49,184 bases of DNA from an uncultured Candidatus Saccharibacteria bacterium (GTDB taxonomy: Bacteria > Patescibacteriota > Minisyncoccia > Portnoybacterales > UBA2143), in assembly GCA_964403725.1 (NCBI GenBank), contig CAYOHI010000004.1, forward strand, positions 1,784 to 50,967, given 5' to 3'. Made by a program: the position numbers and the translations under genes. The notes under the pieces are model-generated. The model had not been told where the DNA came from. It did not search any database and saw nothing but the letters and a program-made list of their open reading frames with translations. Each line of letters starts with the position of its first letter. Position 1 is the stretch's first letter. Positions 34,648 to 43,661 of the stretch are shown here, piece by piece.

Positions 34648-36855
34648 CTACTTCCTCCCCACTGGCAATTCAAAGAAAAACGTACTTCCTTTTCCTTTTC
34701 CTTCTGACTCAACCCATATCTTTCCATCATGAGCATTAATCATTTTAGCGCCTAGGTATAGGCCAAGACCAGTTCCTTCAGTATGCATTTTGCCAACTTC
34801 TTTTCCTCTGGAGAATTTTTCAAAAAGGGTAACTTTTTCTTTAGCTGATATGCCAATACCAGTATCTTTAATGCTAAACCTAATTTTCTTCTTATCCTCT
34901 TCTAGATTGATTGTAATCCCGCCTTTTTTGGTATAGTGCAAGGCATTATCGATTAGATTCTGGACTACTTGCCTAATTTTCAATGAATCAATCTTAATCT
35001 TAGGCAAAGGCTTTTCAGGCTTGTTAAGCTTCAAATACAGATTCTTTTCTTTAGCCACCTGGCTGAATTCAGTCACTGCACTTTCAACCATTTCTTCCAG
35101 TGATATCATTTCCCATTCAAATTCCAATCTGCCTGATTCAATCCTTGAAACGGTTAATAAGTCTTCAACTAGGTTAATCAATCTATCATTACTCTTATAC
35201 ACCTTATCCAATTGCTCTGCTTGTTTAGAAGGAACTTTTCCCCAGGTGCCTTCCACCATCATAGAGATATATCCTTTAATAATGGTCAAAGGAGTTCTTA
35301 ATTGATGAGAAGCCAGTGAAATGAATTCAGTCTTAGCCGTATCTAATTGCTGCAACCTAACATTGGCATCTCTTAATTCTTTGGTCTGGCGATCAACTTC
35401 CACTTGAAGAGTTTTTGAAAAATCTTTCATTTCTTCATATAGCCTAGCATTTTCAATGGCGATTCCGGCCTGGGCAGCAATTGTCTCCAATGTCTTAATA
35501 TCTTCATTGGTAAACATGTCGCCAGATTTCTTGTTTTTCAAGAGAAACAGGCCAACCAGTTTTTCCTTAATCAGCAAAGGAACTATTAAGGATGTCTTTA
35601 AATCGCCAATTTCACTTATTAATGATTCATCTTCATCTAAATCAGGATTCTCTAAATATTTTCTTTTCAATTCTTCTAGAACCAAAACTTCTCTTTGTTT
35701 TTTGAAGTATTTAACAATTTTACTTAAAGCTTTTCTTTTCTTGGATGTCATTACAAAATCGCCTTTAGAAACAGACAATTCTGATTTCTTGTTTTCTAAA
35801 ATGACAATCTCCATTTTACTCACTCTCAAAGCCTTGGTAATTTCATGCTTTAGAGTATCGATAACTATATCTAAATCTAAAGTCCGAGAAACAATATCTG
35901 AAATATTAGCCATTAGTTCCTGGGGCTTGTATTCCCCGGCAAACAAGAATGAATCTGTTGTTTTTCTCAGCCATTCATACAAAGGCCTGAATCCGACAGC
36001 AACCAGTAAAGCGACAATCAAGCCAGTAATAACTTGTCCTTTTAAGGTATATGTCCCTTCTGAGAAAACCAATCCTAAAAGGAAAGCTGACATGGCATAG
36101 GCTGCAGTGATGGTAATGACAACTAAGGAAAAAATTGTGCTTCTTTTGACAATCAAGCGAATATCCATCAGGCGGTATCGCAAAATGGCGTAAGCGGTAA
36201 AACCAACCATAGAAAGAGTTAAGAATTGACCTAACCAGTTAAACTCAGTTCTGCCAAACCAAGGCATGAATAAATTAGTAACAAAAGCTGAGTTAGCAGC
36301 AATGGCATAACCTGATAACAAATACATTATCTGGCTTCTAGCAATACCTTGAGATTGAATATATTTTTTAAATAACCTCAAAAAACCGTAAGAGAAGTAT
36401 AGGGCTGTATAAATCACATAAATAACGTATCCAGATCCAAAGACAATAACTTTCTCCGATCCAGATTTAACGATTACTTCCTTAATAATAAAGTCCGGAA
36501 TCAAGACCAGAATAATAATAATAAAATTACCTAAGAATATCAGCCACTTTTTGTAAGATGACATTTTCTTAGACTGAGTAGGAAAGATATATGTAAAATA
36601 TAAAAAACTACTAGCAATAAATGTTGGAGAAATATACAAAACAAGACACCAAAAAAGACTGGTCTCTATACCAACCAACCTATAAATAATCATAGCTAAA
36701 GTCCAACCGACTATTGCTATTACATTCAAACTATAAATAACATTAACTCTCTTTTCTCTACCTCTGAAATATATTAACAAGCCTAAAATTAAATTTAGGA
36801 AAACAGTAATAAATAAAGCAATACTTATCTTATCAAACAATAAGGTTTCCATCAT
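34648..36855 (-). CDS. Multi-TM GAF sensor histidine kinase
   Basis: Multi-TM N-terminus, GAF (AIENARLY), SHQLRTPL H-box, NLIDNA, DTGIG and GTGLGL. Confidence 0.95.
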   Translation of the reverse strand: MMETLLFDKISIALFITVFLNLILGLLIYFRGREKRVNVIYSLNVIAIVGWTLAMIIYRLVGIETSLFWCLVLYISPTFIASSFLYFTYIFPTQSKKMSSYKKWLIFLGNFIIIILVLIPDFIIKEVIVKSGSEKVIVFGSGYVIYVIYTALYFSYGFLRLFKKYIQSQGIARSQIMYLLSGYAIAANSAFVTNLFMPWFGRTEFNWLGQFLTLSMVGFTAYAILRYRLMDIRLIVKRSTIFSLVVITITAAYAMSAFLLGLVFSEGTYTLKGQVITGLIVALLVAVGFRPLYEWLRKTTDSFLFAGEYKPQELMANISDIVSRTLDLDIVIDTLKHEITKALRVSKMEIVILENKKSELSVSKGDFVMTSKKRKALSKIVKYFKKQREVLVLEELKRKYLENPDLDEDESLISEIGDLKTSLIVPLLIKEKLVGLFLLKNKKSGDMFTNEDIKTLETIAAQAGIAIENARLYEEMKDFSKTLQVEVDRQTKELRDANVRLQQLDTAKTEFISLASHQLRTPLTIIKGYISMMVEGTWGKVPSKQAEQLDKVYKSNDRLINLVEDLLTVSRIESGRLEFEWEMISLEEMVESAVTEFSQVAKEKNLYLKLNKPEKPLPKIKIDSLKIRQVVQNLIDNALHYTKKGGITINLEEDKKKIRFSIKDTGIGISAKEKVTLFEKFSRGKEVGKMHTEGTGLGLYLGAKMINAHDGKIWVESEGKGKGSTFFFELPVGRK

Positions 36856-36962
36856 TAAAAAGCATACTTTAATATAATTTTACCACATTTTATTAAAAAA
36901 GAGAAAGAGCCCGTCAGTGTTCCACCAACAGGCTCTTTTCGTTATCAGATCAGAAAGAATCA

Positions 36963-37976
36963 TTAATTCAACCTTTTCACGATGACTTCCATGTCATCGG
37001 TTAACCGCCCAGCACAACACGGAATTCCACCCTGATACGCCCTTGGCAATTTTGGGTAAGACCTCGCTTTGAGGCCGACAATGTGAAAGGCCGCGGAGCC
37101 CCTGGCAGTCAACTCTTGAATTTCACCCGGCTTTGGCTCCGGGTAAACTTCGTTCACGAGAACGAGTTCCGGCCAAAACAAATGAAGATAATTGGCCAAG
37201 ACCGCCTTCCGAGTGAGATTGACTAATATGGCTTTTTGACCTTTCAGATGAGAAGGCCAAGCACCCATATTAGCTTTGTTGCCGTCGCCGTTGGCATCGA
37301 CACAATAAGCTTTGCGACCATTCAGGGATCTCAGTAAGGATTTACCGATAAAACCTCTGCCACCAAGAATAATCAGCGGCACATCACTTGGGTAATCAAT
37401 CTGGGATTTCAATTCACGTTCAACCTGCAAAACAGCCTGAACGGTAACCTCAGCTTCGACCGACTTACGAATCAGACGCTTCATGTACATAACACCAGGC
37501 AAAATTCCTGCAAAGGTTTTTTGCTTAGCGCCAAGCAGTTGGCGAATCCGTTCGGTCCGATTCAGTAAGGTCTTTAGGTTTTCAACGTTGCCTGGATCCG
37601 TAAAGTCATCCTCAAGGGACGAAATCACGGTCATAAGACCCCACTTGCCATTTTGCCGGAAGATTCCGGCTGGCCATGGCAGCCAGGCCATCCAGTGACG
37701 ATGTCTTTTGTAGACATATGCTAATGCATACTTTTCGTTGGCCGGATAGGCCACGAACACCGTCTCCAAGAAGTGAAATCTCTTATTAAACCACCCTACG
37801 ATTGCGAAAATGAAATCATAGTTGAAAAAAGCGTTGAGGATTAAGAGAGCGATCTTGCGCGTATGTCCGATCACCCACTTGTTAAATCCCATCTTTGCCT
37901 TCTTCTTCCTCGGCCTCAGGATCATCGACTTGTCGAAGATCGCATCTGTTGCAGTGATTAAGATCATTCTCTTCAC
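36963..37976 (-). CDS. Hypothetical protein with a Rossmann-like motif
   Basis: IILGGRGFIG; C-terminal PCCAG; visibly more GC-rich than neighbours; terminator 36903-36939. Confidence 0.7.
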   Translation of the reverse strand: MKRMILITATDAIFDKSMILRPRKKKAKMGFNKWVIGHTRKIALLILNAFFNYDFIFAIVGWFNKRFHFLETVFVAYPANEKYALAYVYKRHRHWMAWLPWPAGIFRQNGKWGLMTVISSLEDDFTDPGNVENLKTLLNRTERIRQLLGAKQKTFAGILPGVMYMKRLIRKSVEAEVTVQAVLQVERELKSQIDYPSDVPLIILGGRGFIGKSLLRSLNGRKAYCVDANGDGNKANMGAWPSHLKGQKAILVNLTRKAVLANYLHLFWPELVLVNEVYPEPKPGEIQELTARGSAAFHIVGLKARSYPKLPRAYQGGIPCCAGRLTDDMEVIVKRLN

Positions 37977-38107
37977 CCCCTCTCGGCGTAAGTTTCGATT
38001 ATAGAGTTTGCTACTTGGTTAGGAATATCAAGATACCAGCTATAGGCAATTGCAAAGCCAATAACTAGTACAGCAGCAGCCACAACTACCACTATCTTGT
38101 TAAGCAT
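37973..38107 (-). CDS. 44-aa single-TM protein (not in ORF track)
   Basis: MLNKIVVVVAAAVLVIGFAIAYSWYLDIPNQVANSIIETYAERG; SD AAGGAGG; GTGA overlap with the next gene. Confidence 0.7.
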   Translation of the reverse strand: MLNKIVVVVAAAVLVIGFAIAYSWYLDIPNQVANSIIETYAERG

Positions 38108-38198
38108 ATTGCCTCCTTTTTTTTGATTCTTTCAATTATTATTTTTTCAAGGAACCGTTCGGTTCTTTGAGTTTCAACCTCTTAGAACTAACGGTAAT

Positions 38199-38238
38199 AA
38201 ACCGAATGAAAAAGATTTTATAAATCTTCTTTATTCGA
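38199..38238. repeat. 40-bp hairpin-forming direct repeat, copy 1
   Basis: AAACCGAATGAAAAAGATTT-TAT-AAATCTTCTTTATTCGA. Confidence 0.9.
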
Positions 38239-38242
38239 CTTA

Positions 38243-38494
38243 CTAGCTAATCATTTTAGTAATCATTCCTTTTGGTATAAAGAAAAAATTAGCTTTTCTT
38301 TTTAAAATGAATTTTCTCTTTATTTTATCAAAAACAAATTGATGACAGTTTTTTAAAATAACAAAATCTTTATCTTTTTTAATAACTTCTCCTTTGCATT
38401 TAGTAGATGTTAATGAGATTCTCCGTCCCTTCTTATAATCATAAATCTTAGCATCTTTCCATAAAATGGTAATAATTTCTAATTCTTTATTCAT
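38243..38494 (-). CDS. Small basic WxDA...IPK protein
   Basis: ILWKDA...KGEV...FFIPKGMI; paralog of 38487-38753. Confidence 0.7.
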   Translation of the reverse strand: MNKELEIITILWKDAKIYDYKKGRRISLTSTKCKGEVIKKDKDFVILKNCHQFVFDKIKRKFILKRKANFFFIPKGMITKMIS

Positions 38495-38753
38495 TTAATT
38501 TGCTAATAATCTTAATATTTTTAATTACTTTTTTAGGAATAAGAAAGGCATCTCTACATTCAATAATCTTACCATTTGAATCCAAGTGACAATTCATACC
38601 GATATTTATAGCATCTCTGTTTTCGCTTATAAATAATCCAAAAGTAATTTGCATTGGAGGATTCTTTTTGGGTAATTTAGCTCGATTTGAAAAAGCAGCA
38701 TCCTGCCAAACAATCATTAAAACATCTTTGTTTTTCCTAAATTTTTTCACCAT
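38487..38753 (-). CDS. Small basic WxDA...IPK protein
   Basis: IVWQDA...FGLF...FLIPKKVI. Confidence 0.7.
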   Translation of the reverse strand: MVKKFRKNKDVLMIVWQDAAFSNRAKLPKKNPPMQITFGLFISENRDAINIGMNCHLDSNGKIIECRDAFLIPKKVIKNIKIISKLNE

Positions 38754-38774
38754 TATTATATATTTAAAAAAAGA

Positions 38775-38814
38775 TTTTGAGAGGGTAAAAAATTAAGCGA
38801 TTACCCTCTCAAAA
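38775..38814. terminator. 14-bp perfect inverted repeat
   Basis: TTTTGAGAGGGTAA/TTACCCTCTCAAAA. Confidence 0.7.
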
Positions 38815-38827
38815 GCATGAAGGGTTT

Positions 38828-39010
38828 CTACTTCTTTTTGCTCTTGCCGCCAGAATGACGATTCTTAGGAACACCCCATCCACGACTCTTTGATGCGTCG
38901 TCTCGAGCATCATGCCAAGCCTGTTTGGTCTGACCAGTTGTGGCACCGGTGTCCTGTTTCGCATCTTTCTGAGAATAACCACCACCATAAGAACTCTTTC
39001 CCTTACTCAA
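38828..39010 (-). CDS. Small Gly/Lys-rich hydrophilic protein
   Basis: Strong SD GGAGGTGA before TTG 39010; YSQKDAKQDT...AWHDARDD. Confidence 0.7.
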   Translation of the reverse strand: MSKGKSSYGGGYSQKDAKQDTGATTGQTKQAWHDARDDASKSRGWGVPKNRHSGGKSKKK

Positions 39011-39082
39011 TCTTCTCACCTCCTCCTGGCCGATAAATTGAATATTAACTCACGGCAAATCTTTTTTTAAAAAACTACTAAC

Positions 39083-39122
39083 AAACCGAATGAAAAAGAT
39101 TTCACAAATCTTCTTTATTCGA
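39083..39122. repeat. 40-bp hairpin-forming direct repeat, copy 2
   Basis: 38 of 40 identical to copy 1; both differences are in the loop (CAC vs TAT). Confidence 0.9.
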
Positions 39123-39139
39123 TCTACTAAATAAACAAC

Positions 39140-39241
39140 CTACTTCTTGTTTTTGTAGTATTTTCCCAACACCCAGATAAATAATGTTAATATTATCGGT
39201 ATCGCTAATATAGTAATGGTGAGATAAAACTTGTTATCCAT
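39140..39241 (-). CDS. 33-aa single-TM peptide (not in ORF track)
   Basis: MDNKFYLTITILAIPIILTLFIWVLGKYYKNKK; downstream of TTGACA-18-TATAAT. Confidence 0.5.
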   Translation of the reverse strand: MDNKFYLTITILAIPIILTLFIWVLGKYYKNKK

Positions 39242-39474
39242 ATCTTTGTAATAGACCACCTATTTGACAAAAGCGATTTTAGAGACTTTGATTCAATTAT
39301 ATTAATTTATATAGCAATCTGTCAAGTTTTTTTGACACTAACCTGTGGATAACTCGAATTAATTAAAAAATACCGCTTTATAATGCGATATATCTTAATC
39401 AATACTTGTAAAGTAAATGCTGACAGATTGAAATTATCTTGACTTATCCTATTAAATAACACATACTAGACCAT

Positions 39475-40191
39475 ATGGAATTAGAAATCCTACAACTTGA
39501 ATTAAGAAAATTAGGTTTAACTGAAAAAGAAACTCAGGTGTATTTAGCTGCCCTAGAACTAGGACATACCACTGTTTTAAAAATATCCCAGCAGGCTAAG
39601 ATAACCAGGCCAACAGCTTATGTCATCATTAAGTCCCTTAAGAACAAAGGATTAATAACGGAATCAAAGAATAATGGGAAAAAATACTTTACCGCTGAAT
39701 CCCCTGACAAGCTATTAAGCATCTTAAAAAGAGAAAAGAAAGAAATCGAGGAAAAAGAAAGAGAATTCATCAGGATCATTTCAATCCTTAAGGATAAGTA
39801 CCAATTGGGAGACAAGAGGGAAATAAAGACGTATAAGGGCAAAAACGGACTAGAAATCCTATTCAATGATTTCCTAACCACTCAATCAAAGAATATATAT
39901 ATCATCGCCAAGGACGAAAAAATCTGGCCAAGCAAAGCCAGACAGAATATTTACAGAAAAATTAAGAAAAGATTAGGCCAGATTAAAATCAAAGAATTAT
40001 CAACAATCAAAGAAACAAAGAAAGACTATTTAGAAAGAAAAAAAATCAAACCTAACGTATCGCTTCCTGGAACAGTGATTATATATGATAAGATAATCAT
40101 CCTGCCAGATAAGACAAAAGGATCAATTATTGAAAATAAGATAATTATAGATCTGATAAAATCGACATTCAAATGTCTCTGGAATATTTAA
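39475..40191 (+). CDS. TrmB-family transcriptional regulator
   Basis: LGLTEKETQVYLAALELG...ITRPTAY..I.SL..KGLI; TTGACT-17-CATACT promoter. Confidence 0.9.
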   Translation: MELEILQLELRKLGLTEKETQVYLAALELGHTTVLKISQQAKITRPTAYVIIKSLKNKGLITESKNNGKKYFTAESPDKLLSILKREKKEIEEKEREFIRIISILKDKYQLGDKREIKTYKGKNGLEILFNDFLTTQSKNIYIIAKDEKIWPSKARQNIYRKIKKRLGQIKIKELSTIKETKKDYLERKKIKPNVSLPGTVIIYDKIIILPDKTKGSIIENKIIIDLIKSTFKCLWNI

Positions 40192-40215
40192 AAGCCCCAT
40201 CAAGGGGCTTTTAAA
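40187..40215. terminator. Bidirectional terminator
   Basis: TTTAAAAGCCCC/GGGGCTTTTAAA. Confidence 0.85.
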
Positions 40216-41955
40216 CTACTTAACAATGGTTGTCTGTAGCTTATTCAATTTCCTATAAACTCCACCTTTATCAATTAATTCTTGATGATCTCCTTCTTCA
40301 ATAATTTTTCCTTTTTCCAAAACTAATATCAAATCAGCTTTTTGAATAGTGCTCAATCTGTGAGCAATGACAAAAGTTGTCCTGCCCTTGATCAATTTAG
40401 CCAAAGCATCTTGGACTAATTTCTCAGTAGCCGAATCAAGACTTGAAGTAGCTTCATCTAAAATTAGAATCCTAGGATTTCTTAAAATAGCCCTGGCAAT
40501 GGCAACGCGTTGTTTCTGTCCTGTAGATAACTTAATTCCTCTCTCACCTACCAACTGATTATACTTCTTGTCAAACTTAGAAACAAAGTTGTGAACATGA
40601 GCTGCTTTGGCAGCCTTAACTACATCTTCATCAGTTGCCTTTTGTCTGCCATACTTCAAGTTATTCTTAATCGTATCATTGAATAAGGTTACTTCCTGGG
40701 GAACAATGGCAATTTGTTTTCTTAATGATTCCAGATTAATTTTTGAAATATCAATACTATCCACTAAAATTTTCCCTTTTTTAGGGATATAGTAGCGGGA
40801 AATCAGATCAACTAAAGTTGTCTTCCCCACTCCACTTTCACCAACCAAAGCAACCATCTGACCTGGTTTAACTTTAAAATTAATATCTCTTAAAACATTC
40901 TTGTTTTTCTGATAACCAAAGTTAATATCTTTAAATTCCACTGAACCCTTTATATTTTTTAATTCTTTCTTGTCCTCCTGATATGGCTCTGCCTTGATCT
41001 TTAAAAGTTTTCTTGCTCTTTTAATAACTATTATCCCTGTCTTAATTCTTCTGTAATGCATGGATAGCATATAGAAAGGAGCATAAGCCAAATATACATA
41101 ACCAACAAAGGTAATTAGCTGACCAGGAGTAATTTCATTACTTCTTAATAACATTACTGCCCCAGCAAAAACAAAAACAAATCCTATGTTAAATATTGAA
41201 TTTTGCCAAGCAGCAAGACTCTTCCATAAATCTCTCATTAATTTATCCAGTGACCCAGCTATACTATAGAATTTACTATATAGCTTCTTTTTTTCTGAAT
41301 TCTCATTAGTAAAAGATTTAACTGTTTGAATATTTAGAACAGCATCATAGAGATTACCAAAGGCTTTTTCATACGCCTTGTTCATCTTTTTTTGAGCCTT
41401 AAACATCGGCTTTGTTTTCCAAATCGTAGCTAAAGAATAGAAGACTAAAACGAATAAAAGCAATAAGGCAAGCCGCCATTCAATAATGCTCATAATTATT
41501 AGAGAAACAACAACTGTTAAAAGATTAGGACCTACATTGAAAACAACCTGATCTATAATCATTTCTAAATTACCAGCACCCCTAGAAACCCTTTGAACAA
41601 TCTCACCCATTTTCTTATTCTTATGGAAACTCAAAGGCAAGTTCAAAATATGATTGACAATTTCAAGAAAAAAATCATTAAACAAATCAATCGTTATATA
41701 TCCACTCTTATTCCTAAAAAGCCTCTTAAGCCAATCCTTTATTAAAACCAAAACCAGCCACAATAAAAGAATACTACCAATTAATTGAAATGTACCGGAC
41801 TCTGAAACAGCAATATCAACTAACCTTCCATAAATATATGGAATGATAGCCGCAATAAAAGAACCTAACAATGCGATGAAGGCTATAAAAAAAACTTTGG
41901 CTTTGTATTTCCTTAAATACCGCCAAATTATCCTAGAATCTTTAAATATTTTCAT
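40216..41955 (-). CDS. ABC exporter, fused permease and ATPase
   Basis: Six-TM domain, GESGVGKT, LSTGQKQR and LILDEATS. Confidence 0.95.
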   Translation of the reverse strand: MKIFKDSRIIWRYLRKYKAKVFFIAFIALLGSFIAAIIPYIYGRLVDIAVSESGTFQLIGSILLLWLVLVLIKDWLKRLFRNKSGYITIDLFNDFFLEIVNHILNLPLSFHKNKKMGEIVQRVSRGAGNLEMIIDQVVFNVGPNLLTVVVSLIIMSIIEWRLALLLLFVLVFYSLATIWKTKPMFKAQKKMNKAYEKAFGNLYDAVLNIQTVKSFTNENSEKKKLYSKFYSIAGSLDKLMRDLWKSLAAWQNSIFNIGFVFVFAGAVMLLRSNEITPGQLITFVGYVYLAYAPFYMLSMHYRRIKTGIIVIKRARKLLKIKAEPYQEDKKELKNIKGSVEFKDINFGYQKNKNVLRDINFKVKPGQMVALVGESGVGKTTLVDLISRYYIPKKGKILVDSIDISKINLESLRKQIAIVPQEVTLFNDTIKNNLKYGRQKATDEDVVKAAKAAHVHNFVSKFDKKYNQLVGERGIKLSTGQKQRVAIARAILRNPRILILDEATSSLDSATEKLVQDALAKLIKGRTTFVIAHRLSTIQKADLILVLEKGKIIEEGDHQELIDKGGVYRKLNKLQTTIVK

Positions 41956-41977
41956 AATTAACCCTATTATACCACAT

Positions 41978-43108
41978 TTAAATTCTTTTGTCTTCCTTTA
42001 TTTTCTCCCTAATCCCCTCCATAAATCTAGCCATAAACCACAAGTTATGGTAAGTCGCCAATCTAGCAGCTAACATTTCTTTAGCTTTGAAAAGATGGTG
42101 GATATAGCTTCTCGTATAATTCCTACAAGTATAGCACTGACAATTATTCATGATTGGCTTCTTATCATCCTTGTACTTCGCATTTAAAATATTAATTTCA
42201 CCCTTGCCTGTCAGCAAAGTGCCATGTCTGGCAATTCTTGTTGGATAAACGCAATCAAACAGATCAATTCCACATTTAACGCTACTTTTAATGTCATCCA
42301 GATATCCAATACCCAATAGATGCCTTGGCTTGCTGTCTGGCAAATGTGGAATAATCCAATTCAAAGCATTCTTCATTTCTTGCTTTCCAAAGGACCCGCC
42401 AATGCCAAATCCGTCAAAAGGCAGACTGCCAATAAACTTGGCGCTTTCCTTCCTTAAATCCTCAAATAGCCCGCCTTGAACGATACCAAATAGTGCCTGG
42501 TCTTTTCTTTTTTTAGCCTTTAGGCATCTCTTGGCCCAGCGATGTGTTCTTTCCATAGATTTCTTAGTATAATCATAGTCATCCAAAGGCGAAGTACATT
42601 CATCAAAAGCAAAGATAATGTCAGCTCCTAAATTCTCTTGAATCTTAATTGAAGCTTCAGGAGTAAAACGATGCTTTGATCCATCAATATGCGAAGTGAA
42701 AGTGACTCCGTCTTCATCCACTTTGCTCAACTTATTAGCCCTAGAACTTTTAGATGTCAGACCCTCTTCTCCTTTAAATAGCTTGCCAATGCTAGTCCCT
42801 AGGGCTGCACCCAAGCTAAAGACCTGGAACCCGCCGCTATCTGTACTGATCGGCCCAGGCCAATTCATGAACTTATGAAGACCACCCATCTTTTTAATTA
42901 ACTTAGATCCAGGCTGCAGATACAAATGATATGTATTGGCTAAAATAGCCTCAAAGCCAATATCCTTAACATCTTCTGGAGTCAAGCTTTTAACAGTTGC
43001 CTTAATAGCCACAGGAAAAAGAGCAGGAGTGTGAATATTTCCATGCGGTGTTTTAACTAGACCTAGTCTAGCTTTTGATTTCTTATCTTTTTTTAAAATT
43101 TTTATCAT
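41978..43108 (-). CDS. tgt: tRNA-guanine transglycosylase
   Basis: ANTYHL, DSGGFQ, FDEC, VQGG, FDCVYPTR and CQCYTC...H zinc site. Confidence 0.97.
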   Translation of the reverse strand: MIKILKKDKKSKARLGLVKTPHGNIHTPALFPVAIKATVKSLTPEDVKDIGFEAILANTYHLYLQPGSKLIKKMGGLHKFMNWPGPISTDSGGFQVFSLGAALGTSIGKLFKGEEGLTSKSSRANKLSKVDEDGVTFTSHIDGSKHRFTPEASIKIQENLGADIIFAFDECTSPLDDYDYTKKSMERTHRWAKRCLKAKKRKDQALFGIVQGGLFEDLRKESAKFIGSLPFDGFGIGGSFGKQEMKNALNWIIPHLPDSKPRHLLGIGYLDDIKSSVKCGIDLFDCVYPTRIARHGTLLTGKGEINILNAKYKDDKKPIMNNCQCYTCRNYTRSYIHHLFKAKEMLAARLATYHNLWFMARFMEGIREKIKEDKRI

Positions 43109-43569
43109 TTTTTAAATTGGTTTAAATAGTATCCAGCTATCCCGAAAGAAACTGAAACATTCAATGATTCTTTAATTCCTAACATCGGCAGATGAATAAC
43201 ACTGCCAGACCTATCTAAAGATGATTTGGAGACACCCTTGACTTCATTGCCAATCACTAGAGCCAGAGGAAACTTCGGCTTAAAATCATCATACTCAATA
43301 CTTTTCTTTGTTTGTTCTAAAGAAACAATATTTACCCCACGTCTCTTAAGCTTATCAATTATTCGCCAAGTTTGCCACTGATGTTCCCATAAGACATTTT
43401 CTTCAGCGCCTAAAGCAGTCTTAGAAATCTTGTGATGAGGAGGCTTTCCGCAAATTCCACCTAAAAAAATCTTATCCACGCCCAAAGCATCGGCTGTTCT
43501 GAAAATGGAGCCGATGTTTTCCAAGCTTCGAATATTGTCGCAAATTACATAAAAATTATGCTTTTTCAT
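43105..43569 (-). CDS. SpoU/TrmH-family RNA methyltransferase
   Basis: NIGSIFRTAD, GNEVKG and ESLNVS motifs. Confidence 0.93.
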   Translation of the reverse strand: MKKHNFYVICDNIRSLENIGSIFRTADALGVDKIFLGGICGKPPHHKISKTALGAEENVLWEHQWQTWRIIDKLKRRGVNIVSLEQTKKSIEYDDFKPKFPLALVIGNEVKGVSKSSLDRSGSVIHLPMLGIKESLNVSVSFGIAGYYLNQFKK

Positions 43570-43661
43570 TAATTCAATACTAACCGTTTGTATATATATT
43601 AGCAACCTAAAAGGCCGTCAAATTCTGCATGACGGCCTTTTGGCTTACTTTTTGAGGCTTA

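Noticed and set aside
15746-36100. Longer antisense or alternative-frame ORFs (15746-16255, 28977-29249, 35456-36100 and similar)
   Set aside because: They overlap well-supported genes and show no motifs; treated as shadow ORFs
38199-39122. CRISPR array or canonical integron attC sites
   Set aside because: Only two copies about 0.9 kb apart, no cas or intI gene, and no complementary RYYYAAC/GTTRRRY pair
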